This document shows, one piece after another, positions 1 through 8,832 of a DNA stretch of 47,736 nucleotides. The translations under genes and the position numbers were made by a program. The notes under the pieces are model-generated. The model was not told where the DNA came from, searched no databases, and saw only the letters and a program-made list of their open reading frames with translations. Source of the stretch: an uncultured Alphaproteobacteria bacterium (GTDB lineage Bacteria > Pseudomonadota > Alphaproteobacteria > Rickettsiales > UBA1997). The DNA lies in assembly GCA_903879805.1 (NCBI GenBank), contig CAIRMX010000140.1, positions 1 to 47,736 on the forward strand, in the 5' to 3' direction. Each line of letters starts with the position of its first letter. The first letter of the stretch is position 1.

Positions 1-2404
1 AAAAGCTGCTGCCGAGTGGAATGGTTTCATCAAGATTGGCGCCAAGTCTGGCTAGGGGCGCGACGAGAGTTGCAAAATTATTGTCGAAAGCAATTTGTAA
101 CAATCCTTGAGTTGCCGCAGGATTTGGGCCCATTTCTGCAAAAGCCTCCACAGCCTTTTTTTTATTTTGCGCAACTGCGTAATATAGCGGCGAGAAACCT
201 TCGCCACTGTTTGAGTAAAAATCTGCAAATGTCACTCCGGCTTCTCTCAAAGCTCTGATGGCATCATCTTGTCCGTGATAAGCGGCGAAATGCGCTGGCG
301 TAAAATCTTCTTCAATTTTTGCGGTCAGAAGTTCGGGCTTTAATGCGCCAAGAAATTTCAGTGTTTTGAGGCTGCCATGACTACATGTTTCGCACATTAG
401 ATGTGCATTTGTTGGGTTAGTAAGAATGTCAGGGCTGTGACTTAGCAGCAGTTTAACAATTTCAACATTGTCCTTTGTGGCGGCAACAATGAGCGGCGTA
501 TTTCCATCGCCATCAATTTGGACGCAGAGCTCGGTGACTAAATCTTGAGCTGTAATTTGGCTTTTGATCTTTTGCAAAAGCAGTTCCATCAACTCGCAAT
601 TATTGTGCAGGGACGCTGAATGGAGCGCGTTGCTGCTGAGAAAAATCTCCGCAGTGGTGAAAAAATTATCCAATAGCATCACGCAAGCGTCAGCGTTGTT
701 GTGACTAGCTGCAGCTTCTAGACAATGACGCTGAAAACCTGTTGGCAATTCTGCGCGATGCTCTGGATCTTGCACTATTTTAGCATGCAGGCTGGCGAAA
801 ATTTCTGTGTAATCGGGGCGCAACATCAATTGCTCGCAAGCCAAGTAATAAGCAGCGTCCTGAGGATGCAAACTTTGCAGACTTGATTCTAATTCACTGA
901 CCAAATCAAAGTCGCTTGCCGAGCTTTTTATTTTGCGGGTTATGAACTCAATTGGAGCATTTCCTAGAAGTAGAGTTCCAATTGATGCGCTATGAAGATC
1001 TACTTGCTGAAAATTCGGATTAGCTTTGTGGATGTTGTAAAGGTTGATGATGCGCTCTACCTTTTCCGCCTGATGGGGCAAAAATTTATTGATTTGTATT
1101 CGCGCCAGATCTCTGAGATAGCTTACGTCTTCATGGTATTGTGGGCGAACTTCTTGAATGCCTTTCATGATTTCAAGAAATGTAATCGGAGCATTTCCGG
1201 CAAGATCTTCGCCCATTAACCACAAAGCCTCAAATCCGGCGAGCAACTCTTCGTCACTGCTGGGATTGTGTTTTAAATACTCTGCTGGTTCGAGTAATCC
1301 TAAAGTGCTGCCATAGATTTCTGATTTAAATAAGGCGCTTGCATCACCCCCAACTATTTGAGCAAAGGAGGTGGGTTTTCTGGGAGGGGTTTTTGGCTGA
1401 TCGAAAAATTCATCTAAAAAATCCAATGCTAAAATATTTTCTGCTGAGGCGCTTAAAGCAGATCTGCTGAGCCTCATGCTAAAATCTTTCCGAACTACAA
1501 CCTGTTTTTCATTGTAAATTTTGGCATGTTTTAACTTTGAAATCAGGGCTTCATTTAAAGTTTTATCATATTGAAAATTTACCGGATCGAAAGTGGGAAA
1601 CATCTCTCTCAAATCTGAAACGATCTCTTCAACTTTAGCTCTGCGCTGCCTGACTTCGTCAATAATTTCGGTGATTAACCGATCTTTAACTTTTCTCGAA
1701 TAAGAGGTGTGAATTTTGTGAGCTAAAAAAAGCGGTATTTGTGATTGTGGATGAAAAACTCTTTCTGCTTTAAGCCCCAAACTATATTCCAAATAGCTCG
1801 GAATATGAACTTCATTGCTGGAGAAAACGTGATCTTTTAAATCATCTACCGCATTAGCCATCACAACGTCATGCGCGCGTAATAATGGTTTGTATTTTTC
1901 ATCGGTGATTAAGGCTTGATGCAGCTTTTCGATTCTTTCTTCAGTGCCATCCAAGCAGTTTAAAAATTCACCTTCGGGTGGAAATGATTGTAAGAAAATC
2001 TCCCATTGATCTTCTGGCTTCAAGCTGAGCTGACAAAGATAATCGCAAAATTTATACATAATTTTTGCGCAGTGAGCGCTGCGCTCTGTAAGAAATCCGG
2101 CGATGTAGATTTCAAATTCTGAGCCGCTTTTTAGCGAATCTTTTTCTAAACCACGCTTAGCAAAATATTCGTAAGCAACCCGCATGGTTTCGCGCAATTG
2201 CGTTTTTGGATCAGTGGCGGCAAGCCATGAATCTCTTATTTCAACAAGCTCTGTATCTAAATCATCACTGCTTCGAACTGATTTTTGCTCGTCAAAAATT
2301 TCGCTCAGAATAACCCTAATTTTTAGGTCGCTTAAACTATTTATTTTATCCCTAATTTCCTGTTCGAAAATTGCTGGATCTTGAGTGAGAAAGTTGGGAA
2401 ACAT
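1..2404 (-). CDS. ankyrin-repeat protein, 3' end runs off the window (at least 801 codons)
   Basis: The minus-strand frame is open from ATG (2404-2402) to position 2 with no stop, which is why it is missing from the supplied ORF track. My hand translation begins MFPNFLTQDPAIFEQEIRDK. The last ~230 aa carry ankyrin-type repeats (GNTPLIVAATKDNVEIVKLLLSH, FTPAHFAAYHGQDDAIRALREAG, FSPLYYAVAQNKKKAVEAFAEMG, ...LARLGANLDE). Confidence 0.75.
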   Translation of the reverse strand, partial: MFPNFLTQDPAIFEQEIRDKINSLSDLKIRVILSEIFDEQKSVRSSDDLDTELVEIRDSWLAATDPKTQLRETMRVAYEYFAKRGLEKDSLKSGSEFEIYIAGFLTERSAHCAKIMYKFCDYLCQLSLKPEDQWEIFLQSFPPEGEFLNCLDGTEERIEKLHQALITDEKYKPLLRAHDVVMANAVDDLKDHVFSSNEVHIPSYLEYSLGLKAERVFHPQSQIPLFLAHKIHTSYSRKVKDRLITEIIDEVRQRRAKVEEIVSDLREMFPTFDPVNFQYDKTLNEALISKLKHAKIYNEKQVVVRKDFSMRLSRSALSASAENILALDFLDEFFDQPKTPPRKPTSFAQIVGGDASALFKSEIYGSTLGLLEPAEYLKHNPSSDEELLAGFEALWLMGEDLAGNAPITFLEIMKGIQEVRPQYHEDVSYLRDLARIQINKFLPHQAEKVERIINLYNIHKANPNFQQVDLHSASIGTLLLGNAPIEFITRKIKSSASDFDLVSELESSLQSLHPQDAAYYLACEQLMLRPDYTEIFASLHAKIVQDPEHRAELPTGFQRHCLEAAASHNNADACVMLLDNFFTTAEIFLSSNALHSASLHNNCELMELLLQKIKSQITAQDLVTELCVQIDGDGNTPLIVAATKDNVEIVKLLLSHSPDILTNPTNAHLMCETCSHGSLKTLKFLGALKPELLTAKIEEDFTPAHFAAYHGQDDAIRALREAGVTFADFYSNSGEGFSPLYYAVAQNKKKAVEAFAEMGPNPAATQGLLQIAFDNNFATLVAPLARLGANLDETIPLGSSF

Positions 2405-2546
2405 TTATTTGTAAGGAGTCAAAGATAGGTGATTAAAAAATGACTTTCTAGAATTGCGGTTTTTAATTCAGAAATTTCATCCCCTCCAAAATGCTGATCC
2501 GCTCAAAATTGACTGATTTTGAGATTGATCTTTTTAAGTTCAAAAA

Positions 2547-3242
2547 TTGAAAAAATCGCAACTGCCAATCTTCATTTTCCTTTGGTCTTTGATGCCATCT
2601 CTCGCCTTCGCAGCAGGCGCTTACTTGGTGGATGATGGTGGAATTACTGAAGCTAACAAATTGCAAGTTGAAAATTGGTACAGCCAAAGCAACACCGGTG
2701 AAACTATTTTAGTGACAAATCCTGGCTACCAACTTTTGCCTAACGCCGAATTTGCCATGCAAGAAAGTTACAGCGAAGACTCAAAAACTGTTAACACAGT
2801 TTGGCCACAGGTGAAATATCTTTGGCATAAAAGTGAAAATATTTTGAGCTCAACAACAATTGGCACCAACTATTCAACCACCGATCAAAAAAATTACGGC
2901 TCCTACGCCTACAGCTCTACAACAGTAAATGTTAGTGAATTAGCCGATGTGCATTTTTATGTCGGCTGGCAAAATTGGCGCCATTCATGGCACAACAACA
3001 AGAGTGTCGATTTTTTGAATTACGGCATTGGTTCGCAAATGCATTTGACGAAAACCTTGTCTTTCATTCCTGAATTATTTCAATCTAACGGCGCTAGCAA
3101 AAACGGCCCAACTCGCCCTGCCACACAATTTGGTTTGCGCTATTTTGCTTCCGACTTCTTCATTTTCGACTTAATCTACGGACATAACATCAACGGTAAT
3201 CTCCAAGATTGGACAACTTTTGGGGCAACTTTAACTTTTTAA
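2547..3242 (+). CDS. putative outer-membrane beta-barrel protein (family not assigned)
   Basis: TTG start. Signal peptide MKKSQLPIFIFLWSLMPSLAFA/AGAY, aromatic-rich strand-like pattern, and a C-terminal ...GATLTF whose terminal Phe is typical of OM beta-barrels. Confidence 0.5.
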   Translation: MKKSQLPIFIFLWSLMPSLAFAAGAYLVDDGGITEANKLQVENWYSQSNTGETILVTNPGYQLLPNAEFAMQESYSEDSKTVNTVWPQVKYLWHKSENILSSTTIGTNYSTTDQKNYGSYAYSSTTVNVSELADVHFYVGWQNWRHSWHNNKSVDFLNYGIGSQMHLTKTLSFIPELFQSNGASKNGPTRPATQFGLRYFASDFFIFDLIYGHNINGNLQDWTTFGATLTF

Positions 3243-3244
3243 AT

Positions 3245-3880
3245 ATGCGACAATCACTAATTTTTCTTACAACATCTTTTCTGTTTTTTTCTTGCTCGCC
3301 TTCAGATAAATCAGGCTTTTACAGAGGTTACGAAACTTCGACTTACCAAGTTGTGGAGCAAGTTGAAAATATCGAAATTCGTAAATATCCGGCAACTTTA
3401 ATTGCTGAAGTTGAGGTTGAAGGCGACAGAAAAGAAGCGGCAAAAAAAGGATTCATTATTTTGGCGCGCTACATCTTTGGCAAAAATATTTCTCAGCAAA
3501 AAGTGGCAATGACCTCGCCGGTTTTGCAGGAAAATATTTCTGAAAAAATTGCCATGACTTCACCAGTTACGCAAATTTCTGACAGCAAAAAAACATGGCG
3601 CATTCAATTTGCAATGCCCAAGCAATACACTCTAGAAAGCCTGCCGAAGCCGCTGGATGAAAAAATAAAATTTAAAATCACCAAAGAAAAAACTGTAGTA
3701 GCAATACGCTTTTCAGGCAGCTGGTCGGACCAACTTTTTGAAGAAAAGAAGCTGTTATTAAAAAATTTCATCGAGCAAAAAAACTTAAGCGCCACCTCAC
3801 CTGCAGCGATTTTTTATTACGATGATCCTTTGACTTTTCCGTGGAATCGTCGCAACGAAATAATTCAAGAGATTAAATAA
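3245..3880 (+). CDS. SOUL/heme-binding-protein family protein, probably exported or a lipoprotein
   Basis: SOUL-family pattern YETSTYQVVEQVENIEIRKYPATLIAEVEVEG...GFIILARYIFGKN...VAMTSPV...IAMTSPV. The ATG at 3245 (MRQSLIFLTTSFLFFSC...) gives a signal sequence, and I prefer it to the track start at 3209, which overlaps the upstream gene. Confidence 0.75.
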   Translation: MRQSLIFLTTSFLFFSCSPSDKSGFYRGYETSTYQVVEQVENIEIRKYPATLIAEVEVEGDRKEAAKKGFIILARYIFGKNISQQKVAMTSPVLQENISEKIAMTSPVTQISDSKKTWRIQFAMPKQYTLESLPKPLDEKIKFKITKEKTVVAIRFSGSWSDQLFEEKKLLLKNFIEQKNLSATSPAAIFYYDDPLTFPWNRRNEIIQEIK

Positions 3881-4818
3881 TGCTTAGAGTCGCAATAATC
3901 GGCGCTGGATTTTCGGGAATGGTTTTGGCTAACCAGTTGCAAAAAATCGCCAATGTAAAAATTTTTGAAAAAGCTCGGGGAGTTGGCGGCAGAATGTCGG
4001 CGCGTTACGTAGAAAATTTTTCCTTCGATCACGGTTTGCAATATTTTACGGCGCAAAATTCTGATTTTTTAGAATTTGTTACAAGCTGCGGCGCCGCCAT
4101 TTGGCAAGGTGAAGTGGCTAATTTAACCAGTGAAAAGTCGCGTTTTGAAAGCTATTTGGTTGCAACTCCAAACATGAATGGGTTGTGCAAAAAATTGGCG
4201 CAAAATTTTGAGATTCAATTTGGCGCAGAAGTTGTGCCTTTTGCCGCAAAAAAAATTGATGGTTGGCATTTATTTGACAAAAATTCTAACGCTCTTGGAG
4301 TTTTTGATTTGGTCATTTCAACCGCTCCTCTGGCGCAAACTCAGAAGCTTTTTGGCAAAGAAATTAAATCAGAAAAAGCGTTGCCCTGCTTTGCTTTGAT
4401 GCTTGGATTTAGCCAACCAAACCTGCTGACAAAATGGATTTTTGCGGAAGTTGAAAATAATCCAATCAAGTCAATTGCGGTAAATTCTAGCAAACCAAAT
4501 CGCAACAAAGCGGTTAGTTGTTTTGTCGCTCATTCAACCAACGCTTGGGCCGCAGATCATTTGGAAGATGATATTTTGGAAGTGCAAAAAAAGCTGATTA
4601 ATGAGTTTGAGTTGCTAACTAAAATTGATTGCAGCTCTGCTAACTACATTGCAACTCACCGCTGGCGCTACTCGGTGGTTTTGGATGAAAAAAAATCTGC
4701 ACCATTTTTTGATGCAGATTTGGGTCTTGCCGCAACTAGCGATTGGGTTAGCAATTCTCAGCTTGAAGATGTTTGGTTAGCCGCGATTGGTTTAGCAAAA
4801 AAAATTGCCGCTAATTAA
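3880..4818 (+). CDS. NAD(P)/FAD-dependent oxidoreductase, renalase-like
   Basis: N-terminal dinucleotide-binding fold VAIIGAGFSGMVLA...FEKARGVGGRMS. Size and layout resemble COG3380-type flavin amine oxidoreductases. The start overlaps the upstream stop (TAATG). Confidence 0.65.
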   Translation: MLRVAIIGAGFSGMVLANQLQKIANVKIFEKARGVGGRMSARYVENFSFDHGLQYFTAQNSDFLEFVTSCGAAIWQGEVANLTSEKSRFESYLVATPNMNGLCKKLAQNFEIQFGAEVVPFAAKKIDGWHLFDKNSNALGVFDLVISTAPLAQTQKLFGKEIKSEKALPCFALMLGFSQPNLLTKWIFAEVENNPIKSIAVNSSKPNRNKAVSCFVAHSTNAWAADHLEDDILEVQKKLINEFELLTKIDCSSANYIATHRWRYSVVLDEKKSAPFFDADLGLAATSDWVSNSQLEDVWLAAIGLAKKIAAN

Positions 4819-5387
4819 AATTTCCACTCCGCTCTTGCGTGATGACAAGTGTAACCAAAGGGATTTTTCTTCAGATAATTTTGGTGATATTCTTCCGCCG
4901 GATAAAAAACCGAAGCCTTTGAAACCCTTGTCACTATTGGCTTCTTGAACACTCCTGATTGATTTCCCGCAGCGATTACATTGAAGGCAATATTTTTTTG
5001 CTCGTCGTTAAAATAAAAAATCTCTGAGCGATATTGGCTGCCAATGTCGTTTTCTTGGCGATCCAAAGTTGTTGGGTTGTGAATTGTAAAATAAAATTTG
5101 AGCAATTTTTCGTAAGAGATTTTTTGCGGATCGAAGGTTACTTCCACGCTTTCGGCGTGCCCTGTCGCGCCGGTTGAAATCAGCTCGTAAGTTGGATTTG
5201 CCAGATTGCCACCGCTGTAACCAACCTCACTTTTTACCACACCTTTTAAACCACTAAAAAGCTCCTGCATTCCCCAAAAACATCCCCCCGCCAAAATAGC
5301 TTTTTCATATTTTGCGGCGTTGGCGTTGGATAAAAAATTTAACATTAGCGTAAAAAAAGTTATTAATTTTAAGAGATGGTTTTTCAT
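4815..5387 (-). CDS. msrA: peptide-methionine (S)-S-oxide reductase MsrA with N-terminal signal peptide
   Basis: Catalytic GGCFWGMQELF motif and C-terminal EYHQNYL. It is preceded by MKNHLLKLITFFTLMLNFLSNANA/AKY, which looks like a Sec signal peptide. Confidence 0.9.
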   Translation of the reverse strand: MKNHLLKLITFFTLMLNFLSNANAAKYEKAILAGGCFWGMQELFSGLKGVVKSEVGYSGGNLANPTYELISTGATGHAESVEVTFDPQKISYEKLLKFYFTIHNPTTLDRQENDIGSQYRSEIFYFNDEQKNIAFNVIAAGNQSGVFKKPIVTRVSKASVFYPAEEYHQNYLKKNPFGYTCHHARAEWKF

Positions 5388-5546
5388 TTTTGCGAGTAGG
5401 TTTTTGCTCAGATTTAAAAGGATTGGTTAAGCGCAATATTTGAAATTAGTTCAACCTTAAGGCGAATTTAGCCTTGTTAATTAAAGTTTATTTAGAAAAG
5501 AAGCTTGAAAGTTACCTAAATTTTTGAATTAAATTTTTCACAAATC

Positions 5547-7826
5547 ATGAAAACAAGATTGGAAAGCCTGAAAAAAAGCAACGCCTCTATCTCTGAAATA
5601 ACAGAAGATCTCGCAAAAGTAATTGGCGAAAGAGTTAAAATTTTTTCACAAGACGCCAGATCTTTGCCAGCAGAAGCCTTATTGGAGATTAGACAAATTA
5701 ACGATTTTATTAGAAAATCCCCAGAAATTATTGCCCACGAAAATAGCGCATTAAATGCTACGGAAACATTGCTTCACAAGCTTTTTGCTGGAGTGCCCAA
5801 TGATTACACTATTCAAATTATTCACCATTTAATCAGCCACTACGAAACCTTTGAACACAGACCAGATCTGTTGGAAATTATGATTAGTGACAACACGATT
5901 TCCTCAAATCCTGACATGTCGGAAACATTTGATCTTCTTGCGCAGAAAAACTTGCCTAGACCAACAGATAAAGAAATAGCAGCTTTGTTGAGAAGCTCGC
6001 GATCTAGCAGCGGCTTTAATGCCACAAAATTGGCTTTTAGTTTTTTAAATTACCGCCAAGATCATTCTTTGCTGCAAAAAATTAACAGCGCTGCATCAAC
6101 AAGAGAGAACACACGAGAAAAGTTGAATCTTAAAGCTCTTTTAGAGCGAAGAATTTTTGAAGGTGGCTTAGAGCATTTTCACAAATGCGTTGGCGATTTA
6201 GTTTTGATTAATGACGACTCCCTACTTCAAAAAGCTCTGAGTAATAAAAAAAGTCAAAAATTATTAACCGAATCAACCGATCACAGCTTAGCACTTAATT
6301 TAGCCGCTGAACACAAATTTGCCGAAACTTTCAGAATTTTAATTAATGCCGGCTTTGACCCTCTTAAACATCCAGCAAGTCTAACAAACTGCTTTGCCGA
6401 GGCTTGCAAAACCCAAGGAAGCGGTACTTTGGAACTCTACTTAGAATCAATTAGAGAAAAATTTGGTGACGAAGCGGTGACGGAAATTCTTCGTGAAGGC
6501 GAAACCGCCATGTTTCATGCAATCAATGGTAGAGCCTATATTAGCACCATTAATTTTTTGCTGGATAATGGCGCTTTAGTAGAAACAAAACTGTCTGAAA
6601 ATTTACAAACGGCTGCCAATCGTGGTCAAGCCAGAGCTTTTGAACTTTTATTAGAAAGAGGATCTTTAGAAGATGGGCAACTAGAAGATGTTTTTAACGA
6701 AGTAAAAACTAACGGCGACTACGTCATTGCAAGCATATTTGTGGAGTATTTAAAAAGCGCGGGGGGTCAAGATGCAAAATCTCAAGAATTAAAATCTGCC
6801 CTTAGTGAAAAGAAAGAGCGGCTAACTCACCAAGATCTATTTCGAATCTGTCAACTTAGTGGCGAAAAGACTCTGCAATCTTACCTAGATGCCCGCCCAG
6901 ATTACAATCTACAAGAGCATATAAATGATTTTGACGGCGAAGGAAAAACTGCTCTTTACTACGCAATTAACGACAATGCCTACAATGGGTTAGTTCAGTT
7001 TCTGCTAGATCGCGGCGCCAATCCCAATCAAATTGCCGCTGAGTCTCATGGCTCCACTCATTTAGATGCCGCCACTCTCGCAATTAGAAATTGCGAACCC
7101 ACAACATTAAGTCTTTTACTGAATTCTCGAAAGCTAAATTCAAACTCAATTCGCGGTGCCGCTGCTGAATTAATAAGGCCAGAAAATAATGAAATCGTTT
7201 TAACCGAGGCCTTTGTAAATCATGTGGATACTGGAGAAATTAGGCAACTTCCTCTGGAGGTTAAGCAAATAATGCTGCAAAGAAGTTTAGAATCTGATCG
7301 CGGACCTTGTATTTACAAAATGAGAGATTCTGCAAAAGGCACTGACCTTGAGTTCTTCATCGAAGATCTTTTTTGCAAAAAAATTGAGGAAGGAAATATC
7401 AAAGTAGTATCTGCAATGATTGAAAAACTTGAGGTCAGAAAGATGTTTTTAAGTCATGCAAGAAGAACAAAAGGTCCGACAGAAACCTCAGAACGAGATG
7501 CGCTTTTAAGTGTTTCAAGTATCAATGGTTACGGCGCATCAGAAGAAGAGACGCCGAAAACAATTTTTAAAATTCCCGCAGCAAGTGCTAAAAAATTAAG
7601 CGACGAGCAAGTTGATGTAAAATATGCTGACATGGCTTTTGAGTTGGCTAAATCTTCTAACGAAGAAGAGTCTAAAATGAGAAAAGAGATTTTTAAAAAA
7701 ATAGTTAGCGCGGGTTTTCCAACTTCAAAAAGCGAAAGAGAAATAAAAGCGCTTAAAATTGATGATGGACGCGGCAGTACTTGGTGTCCCTCAATTTGCT
7801 GCCCTTCTGTTTGCGTTGTTTCTTAA
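5547..7826 (+). CDS. ankyrin-repeat protein with C-terminal Cys-rich CaaX tail (CVVS)
   Basis: Ankyrin-type repeats (SLALNLAAEHKFAETFRILINAGFDP, ETAMFHAINGRAYISTINFLLDNGALVE, KTALYYAINDNAYNGLVQFLLDRGANPN). The protein ends ...WCPSICCPSVCVVS-stop. No signal peptide. Confidence 0.8.
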   Translation: MKTRLESLKKSNASISEITEDLAKVIGERVKIFSQDARSLPAEALLEIRQINDFIRKSPEIIAHENSALNATETLLHKLFAGVPNDYTIQIIHHLISHYETFEHRPDLLEIMISDNTISSNPDMSETFDLLAQKNLPRPTDKEIAALLRSSRSSSGFNATKLAFSFLNYRQDHSLLQKINSAASTRENTREKLNLKALLERRIFEGGLEHFHKCVGDLVLINDDSLLQKALSNKKSQKLLTESTDHSLALNLAAEHKFAETFRILINAGFDPLKHPASLTNCFAEACKTQGSGTLELYLESIREKFGDEAVTEILREGETAMFHAINGRAYISTINFLLDNGALVETKLSENLQTAANRGQARAFELLLERGSLEDGQLEDVFNEVKTNGDYVIASIFVEYLKSAGGQDAKSQELKSALSEKKERLTHQDLFRICQLSGEKTLQSYLDARPDYNLQEHINDFDGEGKTALYYAINDNAYNGLVQFLLDRGANPNQIAAESHGSTHLDAATLAIRNCEPTTLSLLLNSRKLNSNSIRGAAAELIRPENNEIVLTEAFVNHVDTGEIRQLPLEVKQIMLQRSLESDRGPCIYKMRDSAKGTDLEFFIEDLFCKKIEEGNIKVVSAMIEKLEVRKMFLSHARRTKGPTETSERDALLSVSSINGYGASEEETPKTIFKIPAASAKKLSDEQVDVKYADMAFELAKSSNEEESKMRKEIFKKIVSAGFPTSKSEREIKALKIDDGRGSTWCPSICCPSVCVVS

Positions 7827-7871
7827 AACCTGTCTAAGAACCTGTCCTAAGAAAAATCTGAAGACGAATTA

Positions 7872-8204
7872 TTAAACCAAAACCCCAACCAAACTACTCG
7901 GGCGGCTTTTTAGAATTTTGACCGAGGCAATTTTTCCAAAATATTTTTTTGCCTCTTCCTCGCTAGACACGTCAACAATAACCGACTGCAGCCACGGGCT
8001 TTTACCCCAAAGCTGAGTTCCGGGTCTCGGGGTTTTTGGGCTGTTGGCTTTGCTTTTCGGCGCTTCTTTTTCGAAAAGCACCGACATTGTCTGGTCTTCA
8101 AAACCCTGGTTAAAAATGATTTGCTTTTTGTTCATGTCTGCTAAAAGTTGGAATGAACGTGAGGTCGGCATTGCAAATGCCAACCTGCAGTGGTTACCAA
8201 CCAT
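7872..8204 (-). pseudogene. displaced duplicate of the miaB 3' end (TRAM domain); still an intact 110-codon ORF
   Basis: The last 83 codons (7872-8123) align without gaps to the miaB tail at 8833-9084, with 75/83 aa identical by eye. An 86-bp block at 7930-8015 is identical to 8891-8976. It lacks the radical-SAM body of miaB. Confidence 0.7.
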
Positions 8205-8210
8205 AAGTCG

Positions 8211-8828
8211 TTAAGGAAGAAGATCGCTTAAGGCGCCCACTAACTCATAACTGATATGCCTTATTGAAGCATAGTGAACTTTGTTATTAAAAGGTTTGGG
8301 AGTTGGATGATTTGAACTTACAACGTTCCATGCGATACTATTTTCGTAAAAAAGATTTTTGCTTTTTTGGTCTAGTTTTGAGTCGTAGTGGGCTCCACCT
8401 TCCTTATCACATAAAGTTTCAATGAGATCTTTTCTTGTGAACTTGTTACCAACAGCATCCTTAATCACAATCTGCTCCCACCATAGATTAAATTCTGCCA
8501 TATATTCATTGCCTCCGATTTGCTTCGCATCATCTAATTTGGGTTCAAACGAAGCACCTACTCCAGTTGTCAGTTTCATAATACATAAAGGACTAGAGGT
8601 GAGTAAATTTTCTTCATTCACCCTTAAGTCGGAATACATTCGAAAGATGATTTTTGATTTATAATTTGTTTGCTCCAGCAAGGATTGCGTAGTTTTGCTA
8701 TCTTTGCAGATAGTTCTGATGGCAGTTGCTATATCTACGGCAAAAGATTCCTGACCTTCATCGTAAAATTTATTGAAGTGCTTAAGTTTTTCTAACTTCT
8801 CTAAAAGGACATTGGCTGCATCTCTCAT
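8211..8828 (-). CDS. hypothetical protein (205 aa from the first ATG), orphan inserted between the two miaB tails
   Basis: Long ORF. The first ATG, at 8828, lies 4 nt after the miaB stop; the track start at 8849 is a TTG inside miaB. I recognise no motif, signal peptide or TM segment. Confidence 0.6.
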   Translation of the reverse strand: MRDAANVLLEKLEKLKHFNKFYDEGQESFAVDIATAIRTICKDSKTTQSLLEQTNYKSKIIFRMYSDLRVNEENLLTSSPLCIMKLTTGVGASFEPKLDDAKQIGGNEYMAEFNLWWEQIVIKDAVGNKFTRKDLIETLCDKEGGAHYDSKLDQKSKNLFYENSIAWNVVSSNHPTPKPFNNKVHYASIRHISYELVGALSDLLP

Positions 8829-8832
8829 AAAA

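Noticed and set aside
7828-7852. Tandem direct repeat acctgtctaaga / acctgtcctaaga between the ankyrin gene stop and the displaced miaB tail
   Set aside because: It could be a recombination-site remnant at the edge of the miaB insertion, but it is only two ~12-bp units with no counterpart at the other boundary. That is too little evidence.
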